Virus record (IMG/VR): IMGVR_UViG_3300037067_007848
Coordinates: 32,001-96,000 of that record
DNA from: a virus
Lineage: Duplodnaviria > Caudoviricetes
Length of the DNA stretch: 64,000 nucleotides
Strand: one strand, 5' to 3'
The translations under genes and the position numbers were made by a program. Below, in pieces: positions 18,713-29,059 of the stretch; the first letter of the stretch is position 1, and each line of letters begins with the position of its first letter. Under the pieces are notes generated by a model. It worked only from the letters and a program-made list of their open reading frames with translations, was not told where the DNA came from and ran no database searches.

Positions 18713-19732
18713 TCTCACGCCGTTTGTTATGCCGCCAATGCCTATATTTCCGCCTATCTTAAATGCCATTTCCCCCGTGCATTTTATACATCTTATCTAT
18801 ATTACGCAAATAACCAGCAAAAACCACACGAAGAAATTCGCAAATTGGTCAAAGACGCCAAATTAAGTGGAATTGAAATACTTGGCCCAGATATTTTGCA
18901 CTTGTGCGAACATTTTACACTTGAGGGGCGGGATATACGATTTGGAATTGCCGACATTAAGGGAATTGGCAAAAACGCCTACAAAAAACTTTCTTTTATT
19001 CTTAAACAATATGTGAAAAATACGGAAAAAAAATTAGAAAATATTAGTTGGAACGAATTTCTCATTTATATATCACGAAAAATCGGCAGTGGTACCAATA
19101 TGATATTATTCCAGGGTGGGGCAATGTCATATCTCGGACTTTCCAGAACACAACTATGTTTTGAGTATGAATTATTTAATAGATTGACCGATTTAGAACA
19201 AATGTATATTGCCAAAGAAATGACCAATCAAAGTATTGCCGATAAAAAATTGGGCGATATTATAAAAATTTTAATAGAAGATAATATACCAAATGTGAGA
19301 AGGAAAGTAATTGTCGAGGGTATTATTAAAATGGCCAATAACCCGCCCTATAATATGGAGGACTCGCCCGAATGGTTGGCCCACACAGAAGCAAACTTAT
19401 TTGGGGTTCCTCTAATATGTTCGGGTTTGGAAAATAAGACCGAGGACGCCACCCATACTTGTATGGACTATATTCAAAGTCCCACCGAATGTTCAATTGC
19501 CCTATCTTTGGACGAAGTAAAAGAACATGTTACAAAAAATGGAAAAAGCAAAGGGAAAAAAATGGCGTTTATGACGGCGAGCGACCTGACTGGAAAGTTG
19601 GAGTGTGTGATTTTTCCAGAAGAATATGCCCAGTTTGAACTTTATATATTTGCGGGGAATAATATTTTGGCGGGTGGGACACCTAGTAAAGATAAATCAT
19701 CATTTATAATTAAAAATGTAAAGCAAATATGA
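18599..19732 (+). CDS. dnaE: DNA polymerase III alpha, C-terminal piece, preceded by the split-intein C-half
   Basis: SHAVCYA..AYLKCHFP, HhH IRFGIADIKGIG, OB-fold KMAFMTASDLTG..VIFP. Confidence 0.93.
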   Translation: MQKSRIKTIKYLGKQPTIDIEVDHPEHVYYANGILTSNSHAVCYAANAYISAYLKCHFPRAFYTSYLYYANNQQKPHEEIRKLVKDAKLSGIEILGPDILHLCEHFTLEGRDIRFGIADIKGIGKNAYKKLSFILKQYVKNTEKKLENISWNEFLIYISRKIGSGTNMILFQGGAMSYLGLSRTQLCFEYELFNRLTDLEQMYIAKEMTNQSIADKKLGDIIKILIEDNIPNVRRKVIVEGIIKMANNPPYNMEDSPEWLAHTEANLFGVPLICSGLENKTEDATHTCMDYIQSPTECSIALSLDEVKEHVTKNGKSKGKKMAFMTASDLTGKLECVIFPEEYAQFELYIFAGNNILAGGTPSKDKSSFIIKNVKQI

Positions 19733-19777
19733 ACATTAAATAAATATTAAAATTATTTATAGTTAAATTCTTTATAG

Positions 19778-19805
19778 TTGAAATTATTTATCCTCTTTCT
19801 ATAAT
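19778..19805 (+). promoter_or_regulatory. Sigma70-type promoter (TTGAAA-N16-TATAAT) upstream of the phage sigma gene
   Basis: Near-consensus hexamers in an intergenic gap; AT-rich context lowers specificity. Confidence 0.55.
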
Positions 19806-19821
19806 ACCATTAGAGGAATTT

Positions 19822-20274
19822 ATGGACGAACAGCAAGATTTAATATTACAAAACCTAAAATTAGTCGTACATATAGCAAAAAGATTTGGTCCAAAAAATA
19901 ATGACGAATTACAGGATTTAGTTCAAGAGGGAAATTTAGCCTTAGTTAATGCCACCCGAAATTATAACGGTAAATACAAATTTAGTACATACGCCTGGAC
20001 AATTATTTATAGGGCAATCGCCCGCTATTATTATAAGCCATTCCCAATATTAATTGATTTATTTAATTTTGACGTTCAAGATTATCGTATATCGCCAAAC
20101 TTTCTAATTGACTATGACGACGGAAAAAATACCGATAATTTGACAGTTTTAATGTTAAAAACCCAGGGATATACATTTAAAGAAATTGGGGAAAAATTCG
20201 GGAAAGATTATCATTGGGCAAGTAGTAGATATGACAAAGGGATAAAATATATCAGGGGAATAATTAATGATTAA
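19822..20274 (+). CDS. Sigma70-family RNA polymerase sigma factor (compact, regions 2+4)
   Basis: NLKLVVHIAKRF, DLVQEGNLAL, KFSTYAW, GYTFKEIG. Confidence 0.88.
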   Translation: MDEQQDLILQNLKLVVHIAKRFGPKNNDELQDLVQEGNLALVNATRNYNGKYKFSTYAWTIIYRAIARYYYKPFPILIDLFNFDVQDYRISPNFLIDYDDGKNTDNLTVLMLKTQGYTFKEIGEKFGKDYHWASSRYDKGIKYIRGIIND

Positions 20275-20485
20275 ATTACTATCAAATCGTGAAATGGAGT
20301 TGTTTAGATTAGCGGTCAATTTGGCCATTCGATTAGACGATTGTAGGAATGGGCCAACACGCCAACCATTGCCGAAAAAATATCAAAAAATCTTTCTTTT
20401 GAAATTGATGAAGATGATATTTATGAGGTGTGCGAAATTGCCGAAGGACAATGAAATAACACCAAAAAAATCAAATAATGAATAA
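20267..20485 (+). CDS. Hypothetical protein
   Basis: 72-aa ORF overlapping both neighbours. Confidence 0.45.
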   Translation: MIKLLSNREMELFRLAVNLAIRLDDCRNGPTRQPLPKKYQKIFLLKLMKMIFMRCAKLPKDNEITPKKSNNE

Positions 20486-21687
20486 AAAGGAAAATATTTT
20501 AATAAAGGAAAGAGTTAAGCCAAATAATATTACTATAACTCATCCAGAAGTTGCGGAACAATGGGATGGCGAAAAAAACGGGGATGAAAAGCCGGAATAT
20601 TATACGAAGGGAAGCAATGCGAAAATTTGGTGGTTATGTAATATGTGTCGTTATGAATGGCAAACTAAGATAGGTGATAGATGTTTGTATCATACGGGAT
20701 GTCCAGTATGTGCGAATCGTATTGTTTCCCATGGTAAAAATGACTTTGCTACAATTTGCCAAGATTTGGCAAAAGAATGGAATTATGATAAAAATAAATT
20801 AGGCCCAGAATATTATATTGCAGGTTCACATACAAAGGTTTGGTGGAAGTGCGAACACGGACATGAATGGCAGGCAAGATTAAGTAATCGAAAAAACCGT
20901 CATCATGGATGCCCATATTGTGCTGGCAAAAAAGTTCTTGTTGGTTTTAATGACCTTAAAAAATTAGAACCAGAATTGTGTAAAGGATGGGATTATAATA
21001 AAAATAAATTTGGACCAGAAAATTATACTAAATCTAGTCATAAACTCGTATGGTGGAAATGTGAAAAAAATCATAGTTGGCAATGTGCTATAAACAACCG
21101 AACAAGCAAGAATAAAACGGGGTGCCCATATTGTAGTGGGGCAAAAGTTTTAAAAGGATTTAATGATTTAAAAAAAAAACTATCCAAAAATTGCGGGAGA
21201 ATGGCATCCAACATTAAATGGCAATAATAAACCAGAAAATTATACAAAAGGAAGCAGAAAAAGGATTTGGTGGTTATGTAAATATGGACACGAATATTAT
21301 CAAGAAATACATGCAAGATGCATTAAAAATTGTGGTTGTCCAGAATGTGCTGGTACATATGGCGAAAAAACTGTTTCTGAATGTTTAAAAAATAACAATA
21401 TAAATTTTATACAACAAAAAACTTTTAATAATTGTAAATATAAAAATTTATTATACTTTGATTTTTACCTACCTAAATATAATTGCTGTATAGAGTATAA
21501 TGGAATGCAACATTATAAATATATAAAACATTTTCATAAAAATAAAGAAGTTTTTGAAATATGTAAAAAAAGAGATGAAATTAAGAAAAAATATTGTGAA
21601 GATAATAATATTGTATTAATTACTATATCATATAAAAATTTTAATAAAATTGATGAAATTTTAACAAAAGAATTACAATTAGCATGA
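20478..21687 (+). pseudogene. Zinc-ribbon repeat protein with C-terminal PD-(D/E)XK/Vsr-like endonuclease (probable homing endonuclease), frameshifted at A10 (21170-21179)
   Basis: Four EW..KN..PE..GS..K.WW.C..H.W...R....GCP.C repeats; removing one A joins to ...YFDFYLP..IEYNGMQHY..KRD..K ending at 21687. Confidence 0.82.
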
Positions 21688-23381
21688 ATAAAAAAAGAAA
21701 ACTTAGAATATTAGCCATTTCAGAATGTTCCCAGACCGCAAGCGGGTTCGGCACGTACTATAATGAGGTATTAAAGCGTTTAGTTGAGACTGATAAATAT
21801 TACGTTGGCGAATTTGCCTCTTATACAACCATCAATAGTCCAAAAGACACCCAATCTAAATGGAAAATTTATGCAAATGCTGTTCACCAAGACGATCCAA
21901 GATTCGCCCAATATAACATGGATTATCAGTCACAATGGGGGAAATGGAGATTTGAAAGAGTTTGTCTCGATTTCAAAAGTGACGTAAATTTTTCAATCAG
22001 AGACCCATGGATGCTCGAATATGAACTTTCTAGCCCATTTAGTCCATTTTCCCACAGAATTTGGATGCCTACAACCGACTCAGCCCCTATTAAAAACGAT
22101 TGGTTGGACCTATATATAGAAATAGATTCGGTATTTACCTATTCCGATTGGGCTTTAGATGTTTTAAAAGAGGAAAGTGGTGGTAAAATTAATCTACAAT
22201 GTGCCGCCCCTCCGGGTGTAGAAATTGATTTGTTCAAACCGCCCGCCAATAAAGGTCAACACAAAGCCAGTATGGGGCTTAACCCGAATATGAATATTGT
22301 CGGGACGGTCATGCGTAATCAAAAACGCAAACTTTTCCCCGACTTATTTCGGGCATTTAAACTTTTCCTTAATAAATGTGAGGAGAATGGGCAAAAAGAA
22401 CTGGCCAACAACACCTTTTTATACATTCATACGTCTTACCCCGATGCAGGTTGGAATCTTCCACAATTAATTAACCAGCACGAAATAGGACAACGCCTAA
22501 TATGTTCATATGTATGTCAAAAATGTCAGTCGTGGTTTGCCTCGCCATTTAATGATATTTATGCCACCTGCCCCAATTGTGGGGGTACGGCGATTATGCC
22601 AAATGTAACAAATGGGGTAGATAGGCCGACACTTGGCAAGATAATGGGTTGTTTTGATTTTTATGTTCAGCCGACCATTGCGGCGGGGCGTGAAATGCCC
22701 GTATGGGAAGCTGCTTCTTGTGGTGTACCCGTCGCGGTAATGCCCCATTCCGCGTTAAATGACGCCATCAAACATATACACGCCTTCCCAATTCGCATAG
22801 CCAAACAATACCTTGAGGCCGAAACGGCTGCCGAACGGGTGATGGTGGACACCGAAGATATGGCCCGCGTTATATATGACTTTTTTCAAATGCCTTTATA
22901 TAAACGTCAACAATTATCATTTAAGATTAGGGATAAAATAGTAAAACAATTTACGTGGGATAATACGGCTAAAATTTGGGAAAGTTATTTTGATAACATG
23001 GAATTAACTGGCCTTCAAGGCAAGTGGGATTCGCCCCCACGAATATATCCAATTCCTGATAAAATGCCCCCAAATCAGTCGGTTGAAGATTTCGTCACTT
23101 GGCTATATAATGAAGTGTTGCACCAACCAGAACGACGACATAGTTATCGGGCCTATAAAATTTGTTCCGACCTAACCTTCGGATTGGCCCAAGATGGTGG
23201 TGGAATACGCCAAATAAATCGAGAAATGATTTTTAATATGTATAGAGGAATGGCCAAAAATCGTAATGATTGGGATGCCGTAAGATGTGGAATGGTAAAA
23301 CTTGAGCCAGAGGACTATTTATTAAATGCCAATTTACATGAACGGGCTATAAAATTAAAACCTGGAGATATTATTAGATGA
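21684..23381 (+). CDS. GT4-like glycosyltransferase with zinc-ribbon insertion
   Basis: SGFGTY, PPGVE, VGTVMRNQKRKLFPDL, CQKC..CPNC, MPVWEAASCGVP, FTWD. Confidence 0.85.
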   Translation: MNKKRKLRILAISECSQTASGFGTYYNEVLKRLVETDKYYVGEFASYTTINSPKDTQSKWKIYANAVHQDDPRFAQYNMDYQSQWGKWRFERVCLDFKSDVNFSIRDPWMLEYELSSPFSPFSHRIWMPTTDSAPIKNDWLDLYIEIDSVFTYSDWALDVLKEESGGKINLQCAAPPGVEIDLFKPPANKGQHKASMGLNPNMNIVGTVMRNQKRKLFPDLFRAFKLFLNKCEENGQKELANNTFLYIHTSYPDAGWNLPQLINQHEIGQRLICSYVCQKCQSWFASPFNDIYATCPNCGGTAIMPNVTNGVDRPTLGKIMGCFDFYVQPTIAAGREMPVWEAASCGVPVAVMPHSALNDAIKHIHAFPIRIAKQYLEAETAAERVMVDTEDMARVIYDFFQMPLYKRQQLSFKIRDKIVKQFTWDNTAKIWESYFDNMELTGLQGKWDSPPRIYPIPDKMPPNQSVEDFVTWLYNEVLHQPERRHSYRAYKICSDLTFGLAQDGGGIRQINREMIFNMYRGMAKNRNDWDAVRCGMVKLEPEDYLLNANLHERAIKLKPGDIIR

Positions 23382-23923
23382 TTCCATTTCCAAATAAAAA
23401 ATATCAAATTATATATGCCGATCCACCATGGAAATACAATGATAAAATGAAAGGCCATAGCTTTAGCCTAGACCATGAATATAAAACACAAAGTAAACAA
23501 TGGATTTCATCGCTTCCTATAAATACTATTTCAGAAGATAATTGTTGCCTATTTTTATGGGTTACTTCTCCATTGCTAGACGAAGGAATTAAAGTTTTAG
23601 AAGATTGGGGATTTAAATATATAACCGTGGCTTTTTGCTGGACCAAACATAGCAAAAATGGGAAAAGAATTTATAATTTAGGACGATGGACAATGGGCAG
23701 TGTAGAATTATGTCTTCTCGGAATAAAGGGAAAACCTAATAGTTGGAGAATTAGTAAGAATATTAAACAATTGGTTGATGCCGAACGTACAAAACATAGT
23801 CAAAAACCAGATGAGGTACGAGATAGAATAGTTCAGTTATTAGGTGATAAAAATAGAATAGAACTTTTTGCACGACAAAAATATGAAGGGTGGGATTGTT
23901 GGGGAGACGAAATCAATGACTAA
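23378..23923 (+). CDS. MT-A70 family adenine methyltransferase
   Basis: IIYADPPW, LFLWVT, WGF.Y, HSQKP, IELFAR, GWDCWG. Confidence 0.92.
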   Translation: MIPFPNKKYQIIYADPPWKYNDKMKGHSFSLDHEYKTQSKQWISSLPINTISEDNCCLFLWVTSPLLDEGIKVLEDWGFKYITVAFCWTKHSKNGKRIYNLGRWTMGSVELCLLGIKGKPNSWRISKNIKQLVDAERTKHSQKPDEVRDRIVQLLGDKNRIELFARQKYEGWDCWGDEIND

Positions 23924-25010
23924 AAACATTTTATTTATAGGCCCATATCGTCAACAGGATGGTTGGGGTCAATCTGCCCGCAATTTAATTTCCTCCTTAT
24001 TAACGACTTCGCACGATTTAACTCTTCGCCCAGTTTATTTAGCAAATACCTCATTAGTAAACGACGAAGTTTTTGATAAGTTGGAAGGAAAATCAGGAAA
24101 TTACGACGTTATTATACAAAATTGTCTGCCAGAACAATTCTCTTATAAATACGGGGCTAAAAATATTGGGTTTTTTTGTGTGGAAACCAACAATTTAGAG
24201 AATACTCCATGGATTAGTCATTGCAATTTAATGGACGAAATATGGGTTCATAGTTATTGCGAAAAAAGAACACTGGAATATTCAGGGGTAAAAACACCTA
24301 TTAAAATTATTGGTGGGTCAATAAATATACAAAAGTTTCAAAATGCTCCACCTAAAATGTATAAAGAAGACTTTGTTTTTTATTTTATAGGAAACGGAGA
24401 AAGAAAAAATCTTAAAGCCCTTATTACCGCATTTCATCTTGAATTTCGGCGAAATGAGCCAGTTGAACTTGTTATTAAAACTTCAGGAAATGAACAAGAG
24501 GTAATTCAATATATCCAGGGGATTAAACAAGAACTAGGACTATATCCCAATTTTGAGCAATATAAACAAGAACAAATCATAACTAAACATTTAACAGAAG
24601 AAGAGTTAGTTCAATTACACGTCAACGGCGATTGCTTTGTTATGCCATCCAGGGGCGAGGCATGGTGTATTCCCGCATTAGACGCCATGGGATTTGGGAA
24701 TATTCCTATTGTGACCGAAAATACTGGAATGGAAGATTTTGTTAAAAATAACGTTAATGGATATACAATACCTGGTCATGAGATTCCTGTATTATGTGCC
24801 CAAAGACCTCTTCCATATATATATACGGGAAATGAAACATGGATGGACCCCGATATAGAATCATTAATATGTGCAATGCGTGGGGCCTACCAAGCAAAAA
24901 AAAATAATTCGGTGCATTATCTAAAAATGGTGCAAGAAGGTAAAAAAACTGTTAATTATTACTCTTTTGAAAATACTGGGAAAAGATTAAATGACATCCT
25001 TTGTTCGTAA
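23916..25010 (+). CDS. GT4 glycosyltransferase
   Basis: DGWGQSAR, ERKNLKAL, DCFVMPSRGEAWCIPALDAMGFG. Confidence 0.9.
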   Translation: MTKNILFIGPYRQQDGWGQSARNLISSLLTTSHDLTLRPVYLANTSLVNDEVFDKLEGKSGNYDVIIQNCLPEQFSYKYGAKNIGFFCVETNNLENTPWISHCNLMDEIWVHSYCEKRTLEYSGVKTPIKIIGGSINIQKFQNAPPKMYKEDFVFYFIGNGERKNLKALITAFHLEFRRNEPVELVIKTSGNEQEVIQYIQGIKQELGLYPNFEQYKQEQIITKHLTEEELVQLHVNGDCFVMPSRGEAWCIPALDAMGFGNIPIVTENTGMEDFVKNNVNGYTIPGHEIPVLCAQRPLPYIYTGNETWMDPDIESLICAMRGAYQAKKNNSVHYLKMVQEGKKTVNYYSFENTGKRLNDILCS

Positions 25011-25905
25011 TGTAATAAACAACGCTATTAAAGATGATAAACGTAGAAATATTATAGTCGCCCCCTACAATGGGGTATTCGACTATTTATTAGAGAAAAG
25101 TATAAAACATAATTTTTATTATTTGGGCGGATTTCAATATATCAATGATTTGCCCATAGCCAAAAATGTTATTTCGCCCAATCCAAATGAATGGCCATTG
25201 TTTTTTAGTGCCGACCTAATTATCTGCAATCATATAGAGGGGCAATTACAAGTCTGTCAACAAATATCTCAACTATTACACATTCCCCTTATTATTATTC
25301 ATCATGGATTACCAAATAAATTTGTAAAAAATCAAGATAAAATTGTGTTGTTTAATACAAATGGGCAAAACGCACGAATTGTCTTAGAAGAACAAATAAA
25401 TAGGGAGTGGTTTGCCGAATTCCTAATGATCCCTGATATAGTTGAGCAATTTGAACTAGGCCCAATGACCGACGAGATTATAACAATTGGTGGGCAATAT
25501 GATAATGGGATAATGAATTTTATTAAACAAATCGAACAGGGTGTTCAAAAACGCATAAATGTTATTCGCCCAAAAACCTACGACGATGCTATTGATGCTA
25601 TTAAAAAATGCGGCACATATCTATCTTTTGATAATGGGCTTGACAGAAATGGGTTTGTTTTATCAGCAATGGAAATGGGCAAACGTATTATTGCCACCCC
25701 GTCACCACTTAATATTTCATTGGTCCAAAATCAATATAACGGCTATATTGCGGATAATGCCTATTCCTTTGTAAAAATAATTAAAGAACCAATTAATCCA
25801 ACTATATTAAATAATGCTAAAATAACGGCATCACAATATATTGGGAATATTAATTTATGGGCACAATTTATAGAACAAAATCTTCACAAGTCTTTTAGGA
25901 TATAA
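24991..25905 (+). CDS. Divergent GT-B glycosyltransferase-like protein
   Basis: LSAMEMGKRIIAT...VQNQYNGYI resembles a GT4 C-domain; cluster context. Confidence 0.6.
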   Translation: MTSFVRNVINNAIKDDKRRNIIVAPYNGVFDYLLEKSIKHNFYYLGGFQYINDLPIAKNVISPNPNEWPLFFSADLIICNHIEGQLQVCQQISQLLHIPLIIIHHGLPNKFVKNQDKIVLFNTNGQNARIVLEEQINREWFAEFLMIPDIVEQFELGPMTDEIITIGGQYDNGIMNFIKQIEQGVQKRINVIRPKTYDDAIDAIKKCGTYLSFDNGLDRNGFVLSAMEMGKRIIATPSPLNISLVQNQYNGYIADNAYSFVKIIKEPINPTILNNAKITASQYIGNINLWAQFIEQNLHKSFRI

Positions 25906-25907
25906 TA

Positions 25908-26312
25908 ATGAAAATTAAAATTTCGACACAGATTTTACCAGAAAAGAAAGATGAAAACTATACCTATTTTTATATTGGGAACGCCCATATTCTCGAAGAT
26001 GAATCGTGCGAAGAAATTATCTTGGACGATTGCCTAGACTTTGTGCAAAATCGTGATGAACAATTGGGCATTTTACTTAAAAAACTATCTCCAGGCGGAA
26101 AATTATCAATGTATGGGCTGGACTTATTTGAATTGGCCCGCAGTATTCATAATGGGCAAAGTAGTGTAGCATCTGCAAATTCCATGATGTATAATAAAAA
26201 ACAATCTTTGGACACATTATTTAGATTAATTACATCGTTTAGAAATGCACGATTAAATATTGTAGAAAAAAGTTTAGATGGAATGGTTTATAAAATAGAG
26301 GTAGTAAAATAA
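25908..26312 (+). CDS. Truncated/degenerate class I SAM methyltransferase-like protein
   Basis: DESCEEIILDDCLDF...KKLSPGGKL; lacks the GxGxG motif. Confidence 0.5.
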   Translation: MKIKISTQILPEKKDENYTYFYIGNAHILEDESCEEIILDDCLDFVQNRDEQLGILLKKLSPGGKLSMYGLDLFELARSIHNGQSSVASANSMMYNKKQSLDTLFRLITSFRNARLNIVEKSLDGMVYKIEVVK

Positions 26313-27122
26313 ATGGATAGTCCAATAGTTATAAATCAAATACATACCGCCTGTCAATATTGTGTTTTTGCCGATTATACCAACAATACTCAAGAGGGAT
26401 GTGTTATTGGGGAATTAAACAAATTTCGTAATTATGGGTATGAAATTATAGAGGCAAAAACTGGAGAAATTGAAAATGGGCAAATAATTCCAGGAACAGA
26501 AGACGAATTTTTTGTTATTAACAACACCAAATGTACAAAAAAACGTACAAATGATTGGAATTTCGCCAGTTCTTCACTAACAGAACAACTTCAGGCCGTT
26601 GGCAAGGAATGTGAATTAAAGTACACCGCCGTTATATTCGAGGATAATAATCCATATGGTGTTTTTTGTACTGCCCAATCCCTATTAAAACAATCTATCC
26701 CTCCGCAAAAAATAATTGTTATTCGCCCATATAATTCTGGAACCAGCCCATTAGGATATGTCGGATTTTTTGAAAAAGAAAATATTTCGTGGAAAATACA
26801 AAATTTCTGCGAAGATTATTCTGAAGAAGAAATGACCGATATGGTGGTTTTTCACATTAAAACGTCGATCTATTCAATTTTTCATGCGGGATTTATTGTT
26901 CCGCCAAACATGTTTAACGAATTAAACTATCAAGTGAATGAAGAGTTTTTAAATTTTATTTTAATTATCCCTAATTCTACACAAAATGGGCAGGTTGGAA
27001 TGACGGCGGCCTATATGACCTTTAACGGCAATCTTGGACAAAATTTTGAAGAAAAAATTAAAGAAAGCAATCCTAAATGTCTATACCAAATATCGAGAAT
27101 AATCAAAAACTTCCCAGAATAA
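26313..27122 (+). CDS. Cys-containing protein with degenerate GT2-like domain
   Basis: HTACQYCVFA N-terminus; SLLKQSIPPQKIIVI resembles a GT-A strand. Confidence 0.5.
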   Translation: MDSPIVINQIHTACQYCVFADYTNNTQEGCVIGELNKFRNYGYEIIEAKTGEIENGQIIPGTEDEFFVINNTKCTKKRTNDWNFASSSLTEQLQAVGKECELKYTAVIFEDNNPYGVFCTAQSLLKQSIPPQKIIVIRPYNSGTSPLGYVGFFEKENISWKIQNFCEDYSEEEMTDMVVFHIKTSIYSIFHAGFIVPPNMFNELNYQVNEEFLNFILIIPNSTQNGQVGMTAAYMTFNGNLGQNFEEKIKESNPKCLYQISRIIKNFPE

Positions 27123-27592
27123 TAATCGCCCATTATGATGAATTAGAATATTCTCTAGCCCAAAATATTATTGATAAAAAAATACCCCTAAGTATTCAAC
27201 CGAATTTCGCCTTCAATGATATTTTACAAAAAGAACGGGCAGATATTTATATTTTTATTCCGCCAAATTGGACGATTATTAAAGAGGGAATTGAGAAAGC
27301 AATTAAAGTATTGGCCGAAAATCAGCATATTAATTATGTATATTTCGACTATAACGACCAATATTTATCGTCAGGCCCCCAATCATTAAAACAAATACCT
27401 CTCTTTGTAAAAAATTCGCCCTCTTTATTTAATCCAAATTTACAATATTTATATATGCACGAACTGTTTCTAAAACTTGAACAAATGAGTTTTGGGATAC
27501 ATATAGCCGAATCTTTTACAAAAACCACCCAGCAATTAATACAACAACAAATTCAACAGGACTTAGCAATTATCCATGAGTCGTGCAATTAG
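27077..27592 (+). CDS. Degenerate GT2-like fragment
   Basis: DIYIFIP...IEKAIKVL...YVYFDY pattern without DxD. Confidence 0.4.
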   Translation: MSIPNIENNQKLPRIIIAHYDELEYSLAQNIIDKKIPLSIQPNFAFNDILQKERADIYIFIPPNWTIIKEGIEKAIKVLAENQHINYVYFDYNDQYLSSGPQSLKQIPLFVKNSPSLFNPNLQYLYMHELFLKLEQMSFGIHIAESFTKTTQQLIQQQIQQDLAIIHESCN

Positions 27593-28289
27593 AAATATAT
27601 TTAGATTAAAAAAGAATGGATTTGAACAACTCGTAATTATCATATTAAGTGCGGGTGATAATCCAAAAATGAAAATTTATGGAGCTAGATCATATTTCAA
27701 ACTCCCGAATGGTCAAACAATTTTAGAAAGACAAGTAGATTTATTAAAAAAACAATTCCCCGAAACACCAATTATCGTCGTTCATGGATATAACTATAAA
27801 ACGGCCATAAGCAATGCCCCATGTGGAATAGTTAATGTCGTAAACACCGATTATGAAAATTATGGAATAGCCAAGACAATTCTGGCTGGATTACAAACAA
27901 TTAAACATACATCTGCCCTTTTAATTTATGGGGACGTGGTTTTTAATACTGCGGCAATAAAAATTCCTGACAATAATAAATCCTCACTATGTCTTGGCAA
28001 TAAAAATAAACTTGGTGAAGTTGGGGCAATTATAAATGATGGACAAATTATACGACTTATGTACGATATGCCAAAAACTTGGGGGCAAATTGCCTATATT
28101 ACTAATCAAGAATTAAATATTCTAAATAATATTATCACAGATACCGAAACAGAAAAAATGACGGGATTTGAATTGATAAACACTATTATTGACAAGGGTG
28201 GAAAATTTATCGAACATAGCAATAGATTTATTATGTGTGAAGATATAGATGCGGTAACAGATGTGAAAAAAATAGAGGGTCGATTATAA
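27576..28289 (+). CDS. Sugar/choline-phosphate nucleotidyltransferase-like protein
   Basis: IIILSAG, TILERQ, VVHGY, LLIYGDVVFN, EDID. Confidence 0.8.
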   Translation: MSRAIRNIFRLKKNGFEQLVIIILSAGDNPKMKIYGARSYFKLPNGQTILERQVDLLKKQFPETPIIVVHGYNYKTAISNAPCGIVNVVNTDYENYGIAKTILAGLQTIKHTSALLIYGDVVFNTAAIKIPDNNKSSLCLGNKNKLGEVGAIINDGQIIRLMYDMPKTWGQIAYITNQELNILNNIITDTETEKMTGFELINTIIDKGGKFIEHSNRFIMCEDIDAVTDVKKIEGRL

Positions 28290-29059
28290 TGAAGATATTT
28301 TTGGACGTGGTTAAAGATATTAAGTTCGCCCATTTGTGCAATACAATTACCCAGATAGATGGTTTTCAACATTATATTCGGCATCCCCAACAACCATTTT
28401 TGTCGGCTGTTTTACAAATTAAGCCCGATTTAATCTTTATAGAAACCTGCAATATTACTAAATCTAAAGTAGAAATAGCCCAAAAAAATAATATTAAAAT
28501 AGTGTGTTTTGGCCCCGAGACATATTTGACAAAAGATTTGCTAAGATTTGATTATCAAGAGGCCACAAATATACTAAATATTCCACCAATTTCTATAACG
28601 CCATTTGATGTATTAATTTCGATAGATAAAATTTCAGAAAATATCATACATTTTTTAAGAGAGAATGGTTTATCATTCAAAATTGTTGGGGCGGGACATG
28701 TTGGAACCCCCGAGTATGTTGGCAATCCCAATGTGTTGAACATGGCGGCATTATACAAATCGTGCAAAATTATCATTACAAACGCCCATCTTAACGACGT
28801 AGCCATCAATAAAGGATTTGCCCTGTGCGGGGTTGAAAATCAATACTTTCCTCTCTATAATAGTGATGAAGAGTTGACAACGACGATAGTTCATTATCTA
28901 CAAAACGACACATTGCGGCAAAACAAAATAAAAGAGGCATATAAACTAGCCACCCAAAATACTTACTTTCATATCCTATCTAATATTTTTGCCCAATTAA
29001 ACTTTAACAAAGAATCGGAATTATGTCTACAGGCGGTATCAAAAGTTTTGGGGTGTTGA
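28289..29059 (+). CDS. Divergent glycosyltransferase (CgeB-like GT-B)
   Basis: KPDLIF, LYKSCKIII, YLQND..R..I...TYFH. Confidence 0.55.
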   Translation: MKIFLDVVKDIKFAHLCNTITQIDGFQHYIRHPQQPFLSAVLQIKPDLIFIETCNITKSKVEIAQKNNIKIVCFGPETYLTKDLLRFDYQEATNILNIPPISITPFDVLISIDKISENIIHFLRENGLSFKIVGAGHVGTPEYVGNPNVLNMAALYKSCKIIITNAHLNDVAINKGFALCGVENQYFPLYNSDEELTTTIVHYLQNDTLRQNKIKEAYKLATQNTYFHILSNIFAQLNFNKESELCLQAVSKVLGC

